DNA of 57,924 nucleotides from Clostridia bacterium (GTDB lineage Bacteria; Bacillota; Clostridia; Oscillospirales; CAG-382): NCBI GenBank assembly GCA_017531625.1, contig JAFXKQ010000115.1, positions 1 to 57,924 of the forward strand, read 5' to 3'. Shown piece by piece: positions 46,601 to 55,079 of this stretch (position 1 is its first letter; each line of letters starts with the position of its first letter). The notes under the pieces were generated by a model. It saw only the letters and a program-made list of their open reading frames with translations, ran no database searches and was not told where the DNA came from. The position numbers and the translations under genes were made by a program.

Positions 46601-49600
46601 CAAGAAGCGGTTCTTATTTTGCTCTTGCATTTGGTCAAGCACCTAAGGAACACATCAAAAAGCTACGCAGACCGATTTTTTCCCGTAATGGATACATTGG
46701 GATGGCAAGCTGGTCGGGGACGGCATTTGAGTATTTTATGCCTCAGCTGTTTTTGCCGCTTTATAAAAATTCTTTTGTAGATGAAAGCTTACGTTTTGCT
46801 TACAGTCAGCAAAAGCGATTTTCTTCAGACGGCCTTTTTGGTACCTCTGAAAGCGGTTACTACCGCTTTGATTCGGAAATGAATTACCAATACAAAGCAC
46901 ACGGAGTGAGTTCCCTCTCGATTATGAGACACGACGAAAACGAGATGGTCCTCTCGCCCTATTCTTTGTTTTTGTTTCTGTGTGTGGCGAAAAACGGTCC
47001 GCTAAGAGCTCTTGAGGCGTTTGAGAATAAAGGTGCTTACGGTGAATACGGTTTTTACGAGGCTGTGGATTTAAGTCCTTCACGTTCAAACGGTGCTGCA
47101 GTAATTCAAAGTTACATGGCTCACCATGTTGGAATGAGCATCCTCGCCTGTGCAAACGCTGTCTTTGATAACGCTTTTATAAAGCGTTTTATGCGCCATC
47201 CGAAAACCGGAGCACTTTACGAATTGTTCCAGGAGCAAATTCCAATCAATGCTACAATTTACTCTCCGCCTGAGAATCTCTCAAATCTTGATAAAAAACG
47301 TACTCCTTTTGTGGAAAGACTTACTTCTGTTACACCGCTATCCCCGGTTACGGCTATGCTTGGCCGTGGAAAATCCTCAATTACTGCGGGGAGCGGCGGA
47401 CATGTCGCGTTTAAATACAATGGGGTTAATGTCAACGAAGCAATTTTCGACCGTTTTGACATTTCAAAAACCTTCGGTCTTTGTTTTTATGATGGTAACG
47501 GGCTTTACAGCGCAGCCTATTATGACGGTGGAGAAGGATGCTTTTCCTTTGAAAGCTCGGAGAGCTACGTGTCTCACATTTGTTCATCTGATAAATTTTC
47601 GGGTCGTGTGAAGTACGGTGTTTCCGACAACGGTTCTTTTGTAATCGAAAGTAAAGCGGAGAGCAAGAAAAGCTTTTCTCTTTTTTACAGCTTTGATGTT
47701 CAGTTGGCAGAAGATAAAGATTTTTACGCTCACAGTTCATTTTCAAGACTTTTTATTACAAGCTCTTTCTCAGAAGAAGAAAAAGCGTTGATTTACAGAA
47801 AAGGTTCCCGTGACGGAAAGAGTGCTTTGTATTTGGCGGTCGGCTTTTCGGATAAGAGAATCGATTTTGAGTTTGAAACGTCAAACGATTACTTTAACGC
47901 ATTTTCTGTTTCAAAGCCTGCTGACCGTTTTGCGGAAATCTACCGAAACAAAACCGGAGTTTGCGTTAATCCGTGCTGTGTTATCAAAACCGTCCCTCTT
48001 GCGGGCGGCGAATCAAAGCTTATTCTTTCCTACGGAAAAAGCGAGAGTGAAGCTCTTGAAGCCCTTAATCGTACAAGGTTAAACAGTAAATTTAGCAGAG
48101 GGATAAGTCTAATAAGCGAAGGCGAGTCTAAGCTTTTGACGGCATTGCTCTACGGAAATTACAAAGGAGCTTCATTTGATAATGTGTCGGTACGTGATCT
48201 CTGGCGTTTTGGAATTTCCGGAGACGTTCCATTAATTACAGTGGCTGTCAGGGAGTTTAATGCTGAGGACATCACCTTTTACGTGAAAACCTTTAAACGG
48301 CTAAGGAACCTCGGCTTGAAGACAGAGTTTTGCTTTTTGGTTTCGGAGAAGGAAAAGTATTCACGCCCTCTGGAGAGTTCGGTAAGAACGGTGATTTCAC
48401 GGCTTGAAGCTGACGATTTTATCGGCAAGAAAAACGGATTGTTTTTTGTTGAAAGTAATGAAGAAAACGATAAGTTCTTTAAAACCTTGTCAGATTATTT
48501 TACTGAGAGTTTTGACAGTCCATTTGATTACAACGTGGAGGAAATCAACGAAAATTGCCCTCCTTGCGTTGAATCTAATCCACAGCCTTATTCATTAACT
48601 GTCGAAAGTGGCTTCAATAACAACGTGTTTACTGTGGATAAAACCGAAAAGCTTAAAGCTCCTTTTTCCTACGTTTTAGCCGGAAGACGCTTCGGCTCCG
48701 TTGTCACACACGGAAATCTTGGTTGCACTTTTTTCAGAAACGCTTCAACCTCTAAGATTTGTGCTTTTTTTGGTGACCCGTATAAGAGCGGAAACGAGGG
48801 TGAAAGACTTATTTTCTTTGGCGAAAAGAAAATTTATGATTTGGTTGCCTGCTCAGCATACGTTAGTTTCGGGGACGGTTTGGCAGTTTACCGAGGACAG
48901 ATTGAAGGTCGTTTTTATACTTTAACGGTTTATGTGTGCGAGAAGCTACCGGTAAAAATTTTTGAAGTGAATTTTGATGACGGGAGAGAAAGCAAGGTTT
49001 CTTTGGAAGTAATCCCAAGTATGGGTAACGGCTTGCCCGCCCGTAAAGGTGTAATCAAGGAGAAAAGAATCTGCGGAAACAACACTGCTGTTTTCTTTAA
49101 AAACCTCGGAAGTCTGACTGTTCAAAATGTTTGTGCCTTTGCTGGCAGGTTAAAACATGCTGAGACTTGTTTTTCGCGTACAGAACAGTACGGAATAGGA
49201 AAACTTGGGTTTTCAGACATTGTTTCGGTGTGGGCTGTTGATTCTTCGCATTTGTTTTTCCTGGGTGCTGCCGCTACAAGCGATGCGTGTGAAAAAATCG
49301 TGCAAAGTTTGAATCCTCAGGTTTTAAAACGTGAGAAAGAAGCTTCAATGCGGTTTGCTCGTACCCTCTTATCCCCTATTCAAATCAAAAGCAAAGATAA
49401 CGCAACGGCTCTTTATTTCAATGGATTTTCTCTTTATCAAGTAGGCGCCTGCCGTTTCTATGCCAGGGGCTCTTTTTATCAAAGCGGAGGTGCTTACGGC
49501 TTCAGAGACCAATTACAGGATTGTTTGGCTTTGATTTACACTTCGCCCAAGGAAGTCCGTACTCACTTGATCCGTGCTGCCGCAAGGCAATACGAAGAAG

Positions 49601-50823
49601 GCGACGTTCAGCATTGGTGGCACGCCTTTGAGGGGGATGGCGGTTTTCGAGGTTTAAGAACAAAGTGCTCAGATGACTTATTATGGCTTCCCTACTGCGT
49701 TGCAGATTACGTGGAAAAGACAGATGATGTAAGTGTTTTGAACACCGAAATTTATTACCTTCATTCTGAAACGTTGCACAACGAGGATGAGCGTTACGAG
49801 AACGCAGAGAGAAGTAATGTAAAGGAAAAGCTGTACCTTCATTGCGTCAAAGCTTTTGACTGTGCATTTAAGTTAGGGGCACACGGGTTGCCATTGATGG
49901 GTAGTTGCGATTGGAACGATGCTTTTTCCGCCATGGGAGAAGGAAGCGAGAGCGTTTTTGTTGCTTGGCTTTATGTTTTGGCGGCGGAAAAGTTTATTCC
50001 GATTTCTCGGCTTTTCGGCGATGAGGAAACCGTATCAAAGCTCAAAAAACGCATTTCGATTTTAAAAGCAAATGCAGAAAACACATTTACAAATGATCGC
50101 TACGCAAGAGCCTATTTCGGGAACGGCAGTGCCCTTGGGATTGAATCCTCAGATGCATGTAAAATTGATTTGCTTTCGCAAGCCTTTTCTGTTTTCGCAA
50201 ATGCGGATAAAGTAAAGGCCAAAACGGGGGTTTCTACCGCATACAATAAGCTTTTTTGCAACGACACAAAAATTATGAGGCTTTTTGATCCACCGTTTTC
50301 CGATACCACGGTAAATGCCGGCTACATTAACGGTTATGCCGCCGGAATACGTGAAAACGGAGGACAGTACACCCACGGCGCTTTATGGTTTGCAGATGCT
50401 TGTTTAAAGCTTGGGATGTTGAAAGAAGGTTTTAGCATTCTGAACGGTTCAAATCCTGTGTGGCGAAGCAATAATATAAACCTCTCTTCAAGCTACAAAA
50501 CTGAGCCTTACGCCATCTGTGCGGACATTTACGACGGCGTAGGTCAAAGAGGCAGAGGCGGCTGGTCATGGTACACGGGTGCTGCGGCATGGTATTACAA
50601 GATAGTTACGGAAACTGTTCTGGGGATTAAGCTGTCAAACGGTTTTAAGCTCATTGAAGTGAAGCCTTTAATTGAATACGAGTCTGTTTTTGAGCAAAAA
50701 GATTTCAGACTTAAGATAATTGCTTCAAAAGAGTTTAATGTGGCTAAGCTTGATGGAGTTGAAGTAACTCTACCCTTTGTCGTGCCGGAGGGAGAACACA
50801 ACTTAGAAGTTCCTTTGGAATAA
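43684..50823 (+). CDS. Cyclic beta-1,2-glucan synthase-like giant protein (GT84 + (alpha/alpha)6 middle domain + GH94 phosphorylase-like domain)
   Basis: 2379 aa. An alternative TTG start at 43714 has GGAGGA 6 nt upstream. GT84-type motifs are LTLDSDTS (DSD at 44998-45006), LSHDMPEG and RWIRGDVQ (about 45435-45458). There are multiple TM helices. The middle domain has TSPTNVGLYL (46186-46215). GH94-type motifs are GFRDQLQD (49498-49521), QHWWH, CSDDLLWLP, CDWNDA (49906-49920), GGQYTHG and WYTGAAAWYY. Confidence 0.85.
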   Translation: MAIFLNGGFFLNRKELTVTYLESAEKRILKAIGFGSSSDASQIDKYFADNAFIFRQSIALLQKEKRFLNSIEKERGNNLVFLTLWKNLKTNSFNVCEVELIKSLSPLNLSVKETDMLKSLVIVCCIIEAGLVCKFKAHNSDGFTRLNAVVSALKVLDELDFEALYPKVSTAVSVIEKNEPLFSGMTKETKSQYRKALQDYAKKKKISELDAALLVAETAERQGTLMGEVLEIDKPKKSAIYCLLTAFFFFLFCGLAFWLCDRSLLIVLLAVPLGFLAFSVSDFLFSVFGGVTNCPALKLDSVPENGRTLTVITTLLTGKQNDQRLFENIERFCILNDKKGLHFGLLCDLPDSDKRYKSSDKETIAFAVEKTRELNEKTGGRFTLFLRKRDKKLEGGYGGKERKRGAVESLIKLLYRKENKFSLIEGEIPENISFLLTLDSDTSLTMDSVSELVGAMLHPLNRPKIKDGKVVKGYGILQPAVKTSLESSAHSRFSAMISAVGGIDIYESAGFERHQQIFGEGIFCGKGIIDVKLYGELLCDRLPENKVLSHDMPEGNVLRTRYVGDVSFTDSTPKNLIAYYDRLHRWIRGDVQNLALLKGYGQGLRGAWRILANVLRHLAPVLSLLTFILSAFFVKGNKGIAICLFALLPSLSPIVFTFFSRPLGLRFRIRRFFSAVTNGLMQSFKSSAHEVLTLVYKSHITVDAFLRSLYRMAVGKKLLVWQTAAEVDRVTKEKTVYFIYRCLLSSMIGAGLFFFSNLWISRLLGMVWFLFPLYAKFVSLPLPAVKGFSDKQKKKLCGYSEAMWRFFKDNTNEKTAHLPPDNVQISPVEVTAMRTSPTNVGLYLTSCLAARDFGFINTSELKKRVSCCLDTVKKLKKWNGHLYNWYSLPDLELLGGGYVSTVDSGNFCVCLIALAEGLEEYGLYELADEARTISLSADFTCLYNTKRDLFSLGFDTQTNTLSSICYDLYMSEARSGSYFALAFGQAPKEHIKKLRRPIFSRNGYIGMASWSGTAFEYFMPQLFLPLYKNSFVDESLRFAYSQQKRFSSDGLFGTSESGYYRFDSEMNYQYKAHGVSSLSIMRHDENEMVLSPYSLFLFLCVAKNGPLRALEAFENKGAYGEYGFYEAVDLSPSRSNGAAVIQSYMAHHVGMSILACANAVFDNAFIKRFMRHPKTGALYELFQEQIPINATIYSPPENLSNLDKKRTPFVERLTSVTPLSPVTAMLGRGKSSITAGSGGHVAFKYNGVNVNEAIFDRFDISKTFGLCFYDGNGLYSAAYYDGGEGCFSFESSESYVSHICSSDKFSGRVKYGVSDNGSFVIESKAESKKSFSLFYSFDVQLAEDKDFYAHSSFSRLFITSSFSEEEKALIYRKGSRDGKSALYLAVGFSDKRIDFEFETSNDYFNAFSVSKPADRFAEIYRNKTGVCVNPCCVIKTVPLAGGESKLILSYGKSESEALEALNRTRLNSKFSRGISLISEGESKLLTALLYGNYKGASFDNVSVRDLWRFGISGDVPLITVAVREFNAEDITFYVKTFKRLRNLGLKTEFCFLVSEKEKYSRPLESSVRTVISRLEADDFIGKKNGLFFVESNEENDKFFKTLSDYFTESFDSPFDYNVEEINENCPPCVESNPQPYSLTVESGFNNNVFTVDKTEKLKAPFSYVLAGRRFGSVVTHGNLGCTFFRNASTSKICAFFGDPYKSGNEGERLIFFGEKKIYDLVACSAYVSFGDGLAVYRGQIEGRFYTLTVYVCEKLPVKIFEVNFDDGRESKVSLEVIPSMGNGLPARKGVIKEKRICGNNTAVFFKNLGSLTVQNVCAFAGRLKHAETCFSRTEQYGIGKLGFSDIVSVWAVDSSHLFFLGAAATSDACEKIVQSLNPQVLKREKEASMRFARTLLSPIQIKSKDNATALYFNGFSLYQVGACRFYARGSFYQSGGAYGFRDQLQDCLALIYTSPKEVRTHLIRAAARQYEEGDVQHWWHAFEGDGGFRGLRTKCSDDLLWLPYCVADYVEKTDDVSVLNTEIYYLHSETLHNEDERYENAERSNVKEKLYLHCVKAFDCAFKLGAHGLPLMGSCDWNDAFSAMGEGSESVFVAWLYVLAAEKFIPISRLFGDEETVSKLKKRISILKANAENTFTNDRYARAYFGNGSALGIESSDACKIDLLSQAFSVFANADKVKAKTGVSTAYNKLFCNDTKIMRLFDPPFSDTTVNAGYINGYAAGIRENGGQYTHGALWFADACLKLGMLKEGFSILNGSNPVWRSNNINLSSSYKTEPYAICADIYDGVGQRGRGGWSWYTGAAAWYYKIVTETVLGIKLSNGFKLIEVKPLIEYESVFEQKDFRLKIIASKEFNVAKLDGVEVTLPFVVPEGEHNLEVPLE

Positions 50824-50826
50824 GAA

Positions 50827-50866
50827 AATGCCGAGGTGAGCAGAAGTTCATCTCGGCATTGTGTTT
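50827..50866 (+). terminator. Rho-independent terminator of the giant gene
   Basis: Stem AATGCCGAG..TGA / TCA..CTCGGCATT with an 8-nt loop, followed by GTGTTT. Confidence 0.7.
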
Positions 50867-50954
50867 ACTAAAAGAACAAGTTCCGCGGTTTGTTATCGTA
50901 CCGTTTAACCTCAGTGACTGATTCGTTTCTTTGATTTTACTTTTAGAATTTTTG

Positions 50955-50983
50955 TTGAATTTCTAAAAAATTAGTGCTATAAT
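50955..50983 (+). promoter_or_regulatory. Sigma-A type promoter candidate for the MATE gene
   Basis: TTGAAT, 17-nt spacer, TATAAT. Confidence 0.55.
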
Positions 50984-51025
50984 TTGAGAGTTAAAATTTT
51001 GTATTTTTAGGAGCAAAGACTTTTA

Positions 51026-52396
51026 ATGAACACTAAGGGAATCTCAAAGGATTTTACTGAAGGCAGTATTGCAAAACAGTTGCTTTGGTTTATGCTACCC
51101 TTCATGGCTTCAAACGCGCTACAGGTGCTTTACAGTACAATAGACATGATAATCGTTGGTGCATACGTCGGCACTCCCGGGCTTTCTGCGGTGTCACAAA
51201 GCAGTCAGATTCTTAATTTTGCCACGATGGTATGTCTTGGGTTTTCTAACGGCGGACAAGTATTGATTTCACAGGCTCTCGGTGCGGGTAAAAGAAAAGA
51301 AATGAATCACATAATCGGCACTTTGTTCAGCCTGATTGTGATTATAGCATTGGTTCTGTCTGCGGTTGTCATTTTAGGAGTTGGATGGCTCATTGAAATT
51401 ATGAACATTCCGCAAGAGGCTGTAGGCTATTCTAAGGATTACTTACTTATTTGCGGTGGAGGATTAATCTTTACTGCAGGTTACAACATGGTGTCTGCCG
51501 TATTGCGCGGCATGGGAGATTCTAAAAGACCGTTTTTGTTTATCGGCATTGCTTCTGCTGTAAATCTTGTTCTCGACATTCTTTTCACGGGAGTTTTTGG
51601 CTGGGAGGTTGCAGGTGCGGCATGGGCTACTATTATAGGCCAGGCTGTTTCGTTTATCTTCTCGCTCATTTACCTTAACAAAAAGAAAGAAGCTTTCGGT
51701 TTCGATTTCAAAAAAGAGAGCTTCAAGCTTGACAAGCATTACACCAAGATGATTGCTGCGCTTGGTACTCCGATGGCTATTCAATCCGGGTGTATCAACA
51801 TTTCTATGCTTTTTGTTAATTCTATGGTTAACAGCATTGATGTTGTGGCTTCTGCTACCTTTGGTGTCGGAATCAGAATTGATGACATTATCAACAAGAT
51901 TTCTCAAGGGATCCAGCATGCTGCTATGCCTATGATTAGTCAGAATATTGCAGCAAATAAACCTGACCGTGCCGGCAAAGTTGTCAAGACAGCATGGGTT
52001 TATTCCGGAATAATGACTGTTGTATGTATGACGGCTTACGTCATCTTTGGAAAAGAGCTGTTTATGATTTTTTCAGACGACACTCTTGTACACGAAATGT
52101 CCGGTGATTTTATCAAAGCGATTCTTTGGATGTTCCCTGCGCTTGCTGTTATGCGAGGAAGCAGTGCGTTTATTCAGGGGATCGGAAACGCATCTCTCAG
52201 TATGGTACTCGCTCTTCTTGACGGAGTAGTGTTGCGAATCGGATTTAGTTGGTTGTTTGGAATTGTGTTTAATTGGGGATTCTTTGGGTTTGTTCTTGGA
52301 TACGGACTCGCCGCCTACGGTTGTGCTATCCCCGGCATGATTTATTTCCTATCGGGCTGTTGGAAAAAACGCAAGGTTCTTGCTGAAAAGATTTAG
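51026..52396 (+). CDS. MATE family efflux transporter
   Basis: 456 aa and 12 TM helices, with an N-terminal pattern L.fmLPfm.sn.LQ.LYs.iD..iVG typical of MATE. Confidence 0.9.
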   Translation: MNTKGISKDFTEGSIAKQLLWFMLPFMASNALQVLYSTIDMIIVGAYVGTPGLSAVSQSSQILNFATMVCLGFSNGGQVLISQALGAGKRKEMNHIIGTLFSLIVIIALVLSAVVILGVGWLIEIMNIPQEAVGYSKDYLLICGGGLIFTAGYNMVSAVLRGMGDSKRPFLFIGIASAVNLVLDILFTGVFGWEVAGAAWATIIGQAVSFIFSLIYLNKKKEAFGFDFKKESFKLDKHYTKMIAALGTPMAIQSGCINISMLFVNSMVNSIDVVASATFGVGIRIDDIINKISQGIQHAAMPMISQNIAANKPDRAGKVVKTAWVYSGIMTVVCMTAYVIFGKELFMIFSDDTLVHEMSGDFIKAILWMFPALAVMRGSSAFIQGIGNASLSMVLALLDGVVLRIGFSWLFGIVFNWGFFGFVLGYGLAAYGCAIPGMIYFLSGCWKKRKVLAEKI

Positions 52397-52487
52397 CTAC
52401 CATCTTTTAGCTTTGAATTTTCTGCTTAAAAGCCGGAGTGGTTGATAAATTTCTTGTACGAAAACCTAAGAATACAAGGAGGTAAAA

Positions 52488-55022
52488 ATGGAACGGTACA
52501 CGGTTACGGGGATGAGTTGTGCTGCTTGCAGCACTCGTGTTGAAAAAGCTGTTTGCGCTCTCGAAGGAGTTGAATCCTGTACGGTAAATCTTTTAACAGG
52601 TAAAATGAATGTTGAAGGAGCCGTTTCGCCGGACGTTGTAATTTCAGCGGTTACAGCGGCTGGGTATCAAGCGACTTTGAATCGAGATTCAAATAAAATT
52701 CAAAAAAACGAGGCGAAAAAAATAGAAAACAACGACTCTCTTGTTATAAAAAAGCGTCTTGTAGCATCGGTTTGTTTTCTTGCGGTTTTAATGTACCTCA
52801 GCATGGGACACACGATGTTTAATCTCCCCCTCCCCAGATTCCTTGAAACAAATCCGCTGTCAATAGGATTGTGTCAAATGATTCTTTCAGCCATTGTTAT
52901 GGTGATTAACGGGAGATTCTTCATTAACGGTACAAAAGGTATTATTAAACGTGCGCCAAACATGGACACACTTGTTGCTATGGGGTCATTTGCGTCTTTT
53001 GCGTACAGCGTTTATTCTCTTTTCGTAATGTCTGATGCAACAGTAAAAGGTGATTTAGAACTTGCTAATTCTTATTTGCATCAACTTTACTTTGAATCAG
53101 CTGCAATGATTTTAACGCTGATTACCGTCGGAAAGCTTTTGGAAGCACGGGCAAAAGGAAAAACTACCAACGCTTTAGAAAGCCTTATGAAGCTTGCGCC
53201 GAAGACCGCTACTGTAATTCGCGGTGACAAAGAAGTTACGGTTTTGATTGATGAAGTGCGTGTAGGCGAAGTGTTTATAATACGACCCGGAGAGCAGGTT
53301 CCGGTGGACGGTGTGGTAGTTTCCGGGACAAGTGCAGTCAATGAGTCTGCAATAACGGGAGAAAGTATTCCTGTAGATAAGGAAAAAGGTTCTACCGTTT
53401 CAACAGGTACTTTAAACATGTCAGGAGTGCTGAAATGTGAAGCCACAAGGGTTGGTGAAGATACTACCCTTTCTCAGATTATTAGAATGGTCAGTGATGC
53501 CTCTGCCACAAAGGCGCCGATTGCAAAAATCGCCGACAAAGTTTCGGGAGTGTTTGTTCCTGCGGTTCTGGCAATTGCGCTCATTACTTTTATTGTTTGG
53601 ATTTTATTGGATGAGAGTCTCGGATTTTCAATCGCCAGAGCTATTTCTGTGTTGGTTATCAGTTGCCCTTGTGCCTTGGGTTTAGCTACCCCTGTTGCTA
53701 TAATGGTTGGAACGGGAGTCGGTGCCAAAAACGGGATTTTGTTTAAAACTGCAATTTCCCTTGAACAGACAGGCAAGGCTAAAATTGTCGTTCTTGACAA
53801 AACAGGTACGATCACCGAGGGGAATCCGTCTGTGAAGGGACTCTATCCCGTAGGAGAATGCGATGAGAAAACACTGCTTTCGATTGCCGCCTCTTTAGAA
53901 AAGAACAGCGAGCACCCTTTAGCTAAAGCCGTAATAAAAAAAGCTAATGAAGATGGAATAGAAATTGAAGAAGTTTCTGATTTCGCCATTCACGCCGGAA
54001 GCGGAGTTACAGCAAAGTTGAACGGTGAAGAACTCTACGGTGGAAATCTGTTGTTTGTACAGAACAAGGTTAAAATTGAAAGCTTTGTTAAGAATCAAGC
54101 TGAAAAGCTTTCGGAGAACGGTTTAACTCCCCTGTTTTTTGCAAAAAATGACCGATTGGTTGGAATAATAGCTGTTGCTGACACGGTCAGAGATGACAGC
54201 GTTCAAGCTATTGCAAAGCTCAAAGAACTTGGAGTACGTGTCGTGATGCTTACCGGGGATAATGAGTGCTCTGCCAAGGCAATTGCATCCCAAGTTGGAA
54301 TAAACGAAGTAATAGCAGGAGTTTTACCCGAAGAAAAAGAAAAAGCTATTCGTAACTTGCAACAGCAAGGTAAGGTTGTAATGGTTGGCGACGGAATAAA
54401 CGATGCAGTTGCGCTTACAAGGGCTGACATTGGCGTTGCAATTGGCGCAGGTACAGACGTGGCAATTGATGCGGCGGACATCGTCCTTGTCAAGAGCCGA
54501 ATTTCTGACGTTGTAGCAACAATAAAACTAAGCCGTGCAACTTTGCGTACGATTCATCAAAATCTGTTCTGGGCGTTTATTTATAATGTTGTGGGCATTC
54601 CTTTGGCGGCGGGTGCTTTGTATCCGATTTTCGGATGGCAACTTAACCCCATGTTTGGTGCTGCAGCGATGAGCCTTTCAAGTTTTTGTGTAGTGTACAA
54701 TGCTTTGCGGTTGAATTTTGTCAAAATTAAATCTAAAGAGGAAACTAAAACTCAGGATAAGTTAAAGCCATTTATTGAGAGCGAAGAAAATAAACAACCG
54801 AAAGTACAAAAAACAAAAAAGGTTTTGAAGATTCAAGGAATGATGTGTGCGCATTGCGAGGACAGAGTTAAGAAATGCCTTGAAGCTCTTGAAGGCGTTG
54901 ACGAGGCGGTAATCAGTCTCAGAGAAGATACTGCAACGGTTACGTTAAGCGCAGACGTTAGCGACGAAGTTCTTAAAAACGCCGTAGAAGCTCAGGACTA
55001 TTCGGTAATTGGAATTGAATGA
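52488..55022 (+). CDS. copA: Copper-translocating P1B-type ATPase with N- and C-terminal HMA domains
   Basis: 844 aa with N-terminal HMA GMSCAACSTRVE, TM CPC (SCPCALG), DKTGTIT and GDGINDA. A second HMA, GMMCAHCEDRVKK, covers the last roughly 68 aa (about 54819-55019). Confidence 0.93.
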   Translation: MERYTVTGMSCAACSTRVEKAVCALEGVESCTVNLLTGKMNVEGAVSPDVVISAVTAAGYQATLNRDSNKIQKNEAKKIENNDSLVIKKRLVASVCFLAVLMYLSMGHTMFNLPLPRFLETNPLSIGLCQMILSAIVMVINGRFFINGTKGIIKRAPNMDTLVAMGSFASFAYSVYSLFVMSDATVKGDLELANSYLHQLYFESAAMILTLITVGKLLEARAKGKTTNALESLMKLAPKTATVIRGDKEVTVLIDEVRVGEVFIIRPGEQVPVDGVVVSGTSAVNESAITGESIPVDKEKGSTVSTGTLNMSGVLKCEATRVGEDTTLSQIIRMVSDASATKAPIAKIADKVSGVFVPAVLAIALITFIVWILLDESLGFSIARAISVLVISCPCALGLATPVAIMVGTGVGAKNGILFKTAISLEQTGKAKIVVLDKTGTITEGNPSVKGLYPVGECDEKTLLSIAASLEKNSEHPLAKAVIKKANEDGIEIEEVSDFAIHAGSGVTAKLNGEELYGGNLLFVQNKVKIESFVKNQAEKLSENGLTPLFFAKNDRLVGIIAVADTVRDDSVQAIAKLKELGVRVVMLTGDNECSAKAIASQVGINEVIAGVLPEEKEKAIRNLQQQGKVVMVGDGINDAVALTRADIGVAIGAGTDVAIDAADIVLVKSRISDVVATIKLSRATLRTIHQNLFWAFIYNVVGIPLAAGALYPIFGWQLNPMFGAAAMSLSSFCVVYNALRLNFVKIKSKEETKTQDKLKPFIESEENKQPKVQKTKKVLKIQGMMCAHCEDRVKKCLEALEGVDEAVISLREDTATVTLSADVSDEVLKNAVEAQDYSVIGIE

Positions 55023-55033
55023 CCTTAATTAAG

Positions 55034-55079
55034 AAAAGTGCTGTCGTAAGTCAAAAAACTTGCGACAGCACTTTTTTTA
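55034..55079. terminator. Bidirectional Rho-independent terminator
   Basis: AAAAGTGCTGTCG.AAGT / ACTT.CGACAGCACTTTTTTT, between convergent genes. Confidence 0.85.

Noticed and set aside
52440..52480. CTTGTA-N14-TACAAG symmetry upstream of copA as a CopY or CsoR operator
   Set aside because: It does not match the cop box (TACAnnTGTA) spacing or the GC-rich CsoR operator type. A 6-bp arm can easily arise by chance.
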